Shown here piece after piece: positions 61,512 to 64,000 of a stretch of 64,000 bases of DNA; within the stretch, counting starts at the first letter, position 1, and each line of letters starts with the position of its first letter. A program made the translations under genes and the position numbers. Origin of the DNA: Sphaeroforma arctica JP610 (taxonomy: Eukaryota). The DNA lies in contig NW_014040418.1 of NCBI RefSeq assembly GCF_001186125.1, positions 15,688-79,687 of the forward strand. The letters are read 5' to 3'. Below the pieces are notes generated by a model. That model was not told where the DNA came from. It saw nothing but the letters and a program-made list of their open reading frames with translations, and ran no database searches.

Positions 61512-62162
61512 CTAAAACCTAAGTACTTGTATTCTGACCACAAAGCGCTCCCCTGTAATGCATACGTCCTTGCATAGCCTACGAAAACCTCTGTCGTCTC
61601 TTACATACTGCGACTCCGAATTTGGCACAGATGGCCGTGTGCGTAGTTTGCCGTGTGCCTCAGCTGCACGCACACCGATCTCTGGTCGAGGATCGTTTGA
61701 GCGATTTTGCAGTGCATTCTCAATCAGGGCAAGACAACGCTGTCGCATACAGTTGCGCTCAGAGATAACGTCAGACACCGTTTCCTTCTCACTGCAGATT
61801 TGTGATTGCAAAGTGTCAAAAGTCGCTAGCGCTGCCTCGGCCCTTTTGAGATAATCTCGCTCACCCCCAGCCTCTGCACCTATCTGTACATCGCCCAAAA
61901 CGGCGCAGCATTCCATCACCAATTCGATGACTGGTTCCCGTATTTGTCTTACTTTCAAGATGTTTTTGTAGCACGCATGTGCGTCAGCCAAGACGTAGGC
62001 AAGAGATTGCTCCACACCGGCCGGTATGGCTAGTTTAAACTCTGGCGTTGCCAGTGCGATACTGTCCATCCGCGCTACTCGAATGCAGTCTGCGAACCTC
62101 GATACAGTCAGCAGGTACTGCTTAGAAATAGACGAAGGTACGTTCGAGTATCCTGAGTCCAT
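61512..62162 (-). CDS. Hypothetical protein or large exon, about 216 aa, probably helical
   Basis: Stop-free, non-repetitive 651-nt frame with higher GC than its flanks, ATG at 62162 and a possible GTATGC donor near 61566. No family recognised. Confidence 0.4.
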   Translation of the reverse strand: MDSGYSNVPSSISKQYLLTVSRFADCIRVARMDSIALATPEFKLAIPAGVEQSLAYVLADAHACYKNILKVRQIREPVIELVMECCAVLGDVQIGAEAGGERDYLKRAEAALATFDTLQSQICSEKETVSDVISERNCMRQRCLALIENALQNRSNDPRPEIGVRAAEAHGKLRTRPSVPNSESQYVRDDRGFRRLCKDVCITGERFVVRIQVLRF

Positions 62163-64000
62163 AGTCTGTAGAAAAGTAGGCGAGACGGACACGCATGCTT
62201 TCTACTTTTTACTCGAGCTGCTTGACGACAACAAGGGCCACAAGGCTTACTATTTTCAGGTCAAACGATGCTGAACAACATTAAAACACTTGAATATACC
62301 ATACCCTTCTTTCTTCTATTGCTCTCCGTAGTCGCGCCTTGACTTTATCGCTGGCACACAGTTCCATTGGAGTCTTTCCGTCCTACATTAACATCGAAAA
62401 TGAATGCCACACAAAAATGTCAAGCCTTGTCCTAAACGTTTAGCTGAAAGCCTATAGCTTAGATCGGTTAAGGTGGAAACACGAAAAGTTTTAAAACTAT
62501 ATTTCAGTCTTATACGAAAACAGTCAAGCTACAAGGAAGCCATAACGACTCATTGTTCAGTATGGTAAACTTTCAGGTCACGCGAGGGAACTGGATTTTG
62601 TCTGCTTCTGCACTAGCTCGGTGTTTCCTAGGTTTAATCATACCATACTACAATATTGCAGACAATTCAGAGTAACATCCAGTCTCATCAGGCTATACGT
62701 ATTGTAAGAGCGAAGCCGTGTATGTTGTACATTGTAAAGTACCCAAGCATCACATAAATATATATAGAATAGGCGACAAACGGTTTGTCAAGATTAAAGA
62801 CTGTCCTCCAACACTGGACAGAAGCGAAGAAACAATAAAAGAAAAGAAAAATCTTCAAGTTTAGAGTGAAGAAAATCGCATAAGAAGGAGTAAAATAGAC
62901 CACTCACCACTGTTTTAGCCTCTGTTTCAGTCCTATTTTCAACCAGCGTTTGCACAGCGTATCCTACTCCTTCTTTGCAGGCAATGTGAAGTGTGGTCTC
63001 ATTGTCCTACAGAGTAGATGCAAAACTATATCACAAATATTCAAAATTTACTGGGACAAAGAACAACACCGTAACCTCGTTAAAACGGTTTTGCCAGACA
63101 GACCTATGGTAGATATCCTACAGAGAATCTTTGAAATTTTATGATACTATCCGCCTCTCATCTTGCTCTTCAGTGCAAATACACCATCGTACCTTACTGA
63201 CGTGTCGTTTTCGAGACGATTTGACTCCAGATAGCAGCAGTATTACTGAAATGACATATTGTCGATAGTACGAACCACAGCCAAGACTGTGAATATTATA
63301 TTTCTCTTTTGCCGGAATAAAACACCACAAAGGGGAGAATATAAAGTACTACAACATATACTAATAGTCCATCAATAAGACACATGCTAAATATTTCCAC
63401 CTGCTTAGTTTCAGGTCATTGATTACACTTTTTGTTCAATACCAATCATTTCAGCAATATACACAACTTTCATCGCTAGTATCACGAGAACTCAATTTTT
63501 GAGTCAAATACATCCCAAAGCACAGCATGAGCATTGTGAGCTGCACCAAAAATCGGCAGATCTATGTGACCGTAGCGATGACTTTATCAGTACAAAATTT
63601 GCGAATGATTTGGAACCATATAGTTGAAACAAGTATGAGTCTTTTTCAGTTGCAAATAAACGATCAAGACTGCTGCCAGTACTCAGGATAATTGCACGCG
63701 TAGGAGTGTTGTGTTTCTTCTCGTTATGTACATATATATATATATCGACATCATTCTGTGAGTGTTAGAGGTTTGCGGTCAATTAGAACCGGTGCAAATT
63801 CGCCACACCCACGTGATCTGAGACTATCACCCGCGTACAGTGACTCGTAAATATTGAGACAGCGATCGATCACCTTGTACTACTAACGCGTCATCGACTA
63901 CAGTGTCAGTTAATGAATGCATAGCCCACAGAGGGACTGAAATTGCTGCCGTATATCTAGCTTTGGCATCAACAACCCCTTTATCGGCAACGTACTATCT

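Overview
Intron-rich eukaryotic genomic DNA in two parts. The intron style suggests a unicellular opisthokont such as an ichthyosporean, but that is inference. Part one (1-41.4 kb) holds the first exon of a minus-strand GHKL-ATPase/DUF3684-like gene, then one giant plus-strand gene head-to-head with it. I hand-spliced the giant gene into 61 GT-AG exons with consistent phase (2920-41433, 9924 nt, about 3307 aa). It has an N-terminal membrane anchor, a GH114/PelA-like hydrolase-fold region, a multi-TM block, a PelF-like GT4 domain and a low-complexity tail, which is the layout of fungal Gtb3 galactosaminogalactan synthases. Its introns repeatedly contain tandem copies of their own splice sites (up to 12 AG|GT junctions in one intron), GT-rich 5' and AC-rich 3' halves, and short telomere-like motifs. 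Part two (44.5-61 kb) is a nest of decayed LTR retrotransposons: a solo LTR with TSD, a nested LTR, copia RT, gypsy protease/RT/RNase H and two related gag-like ORFs. The most unusual item is a Ty1/copia gag-pol with a Dam/DIRS-type DNA adenine methyltransferase-like domain inserted between the HH and CC halves of its integrase zinc finger. Most ORFs in the supplied track are microsatellite artefacts. Family assignments rest on recalled motifs, not database searches.
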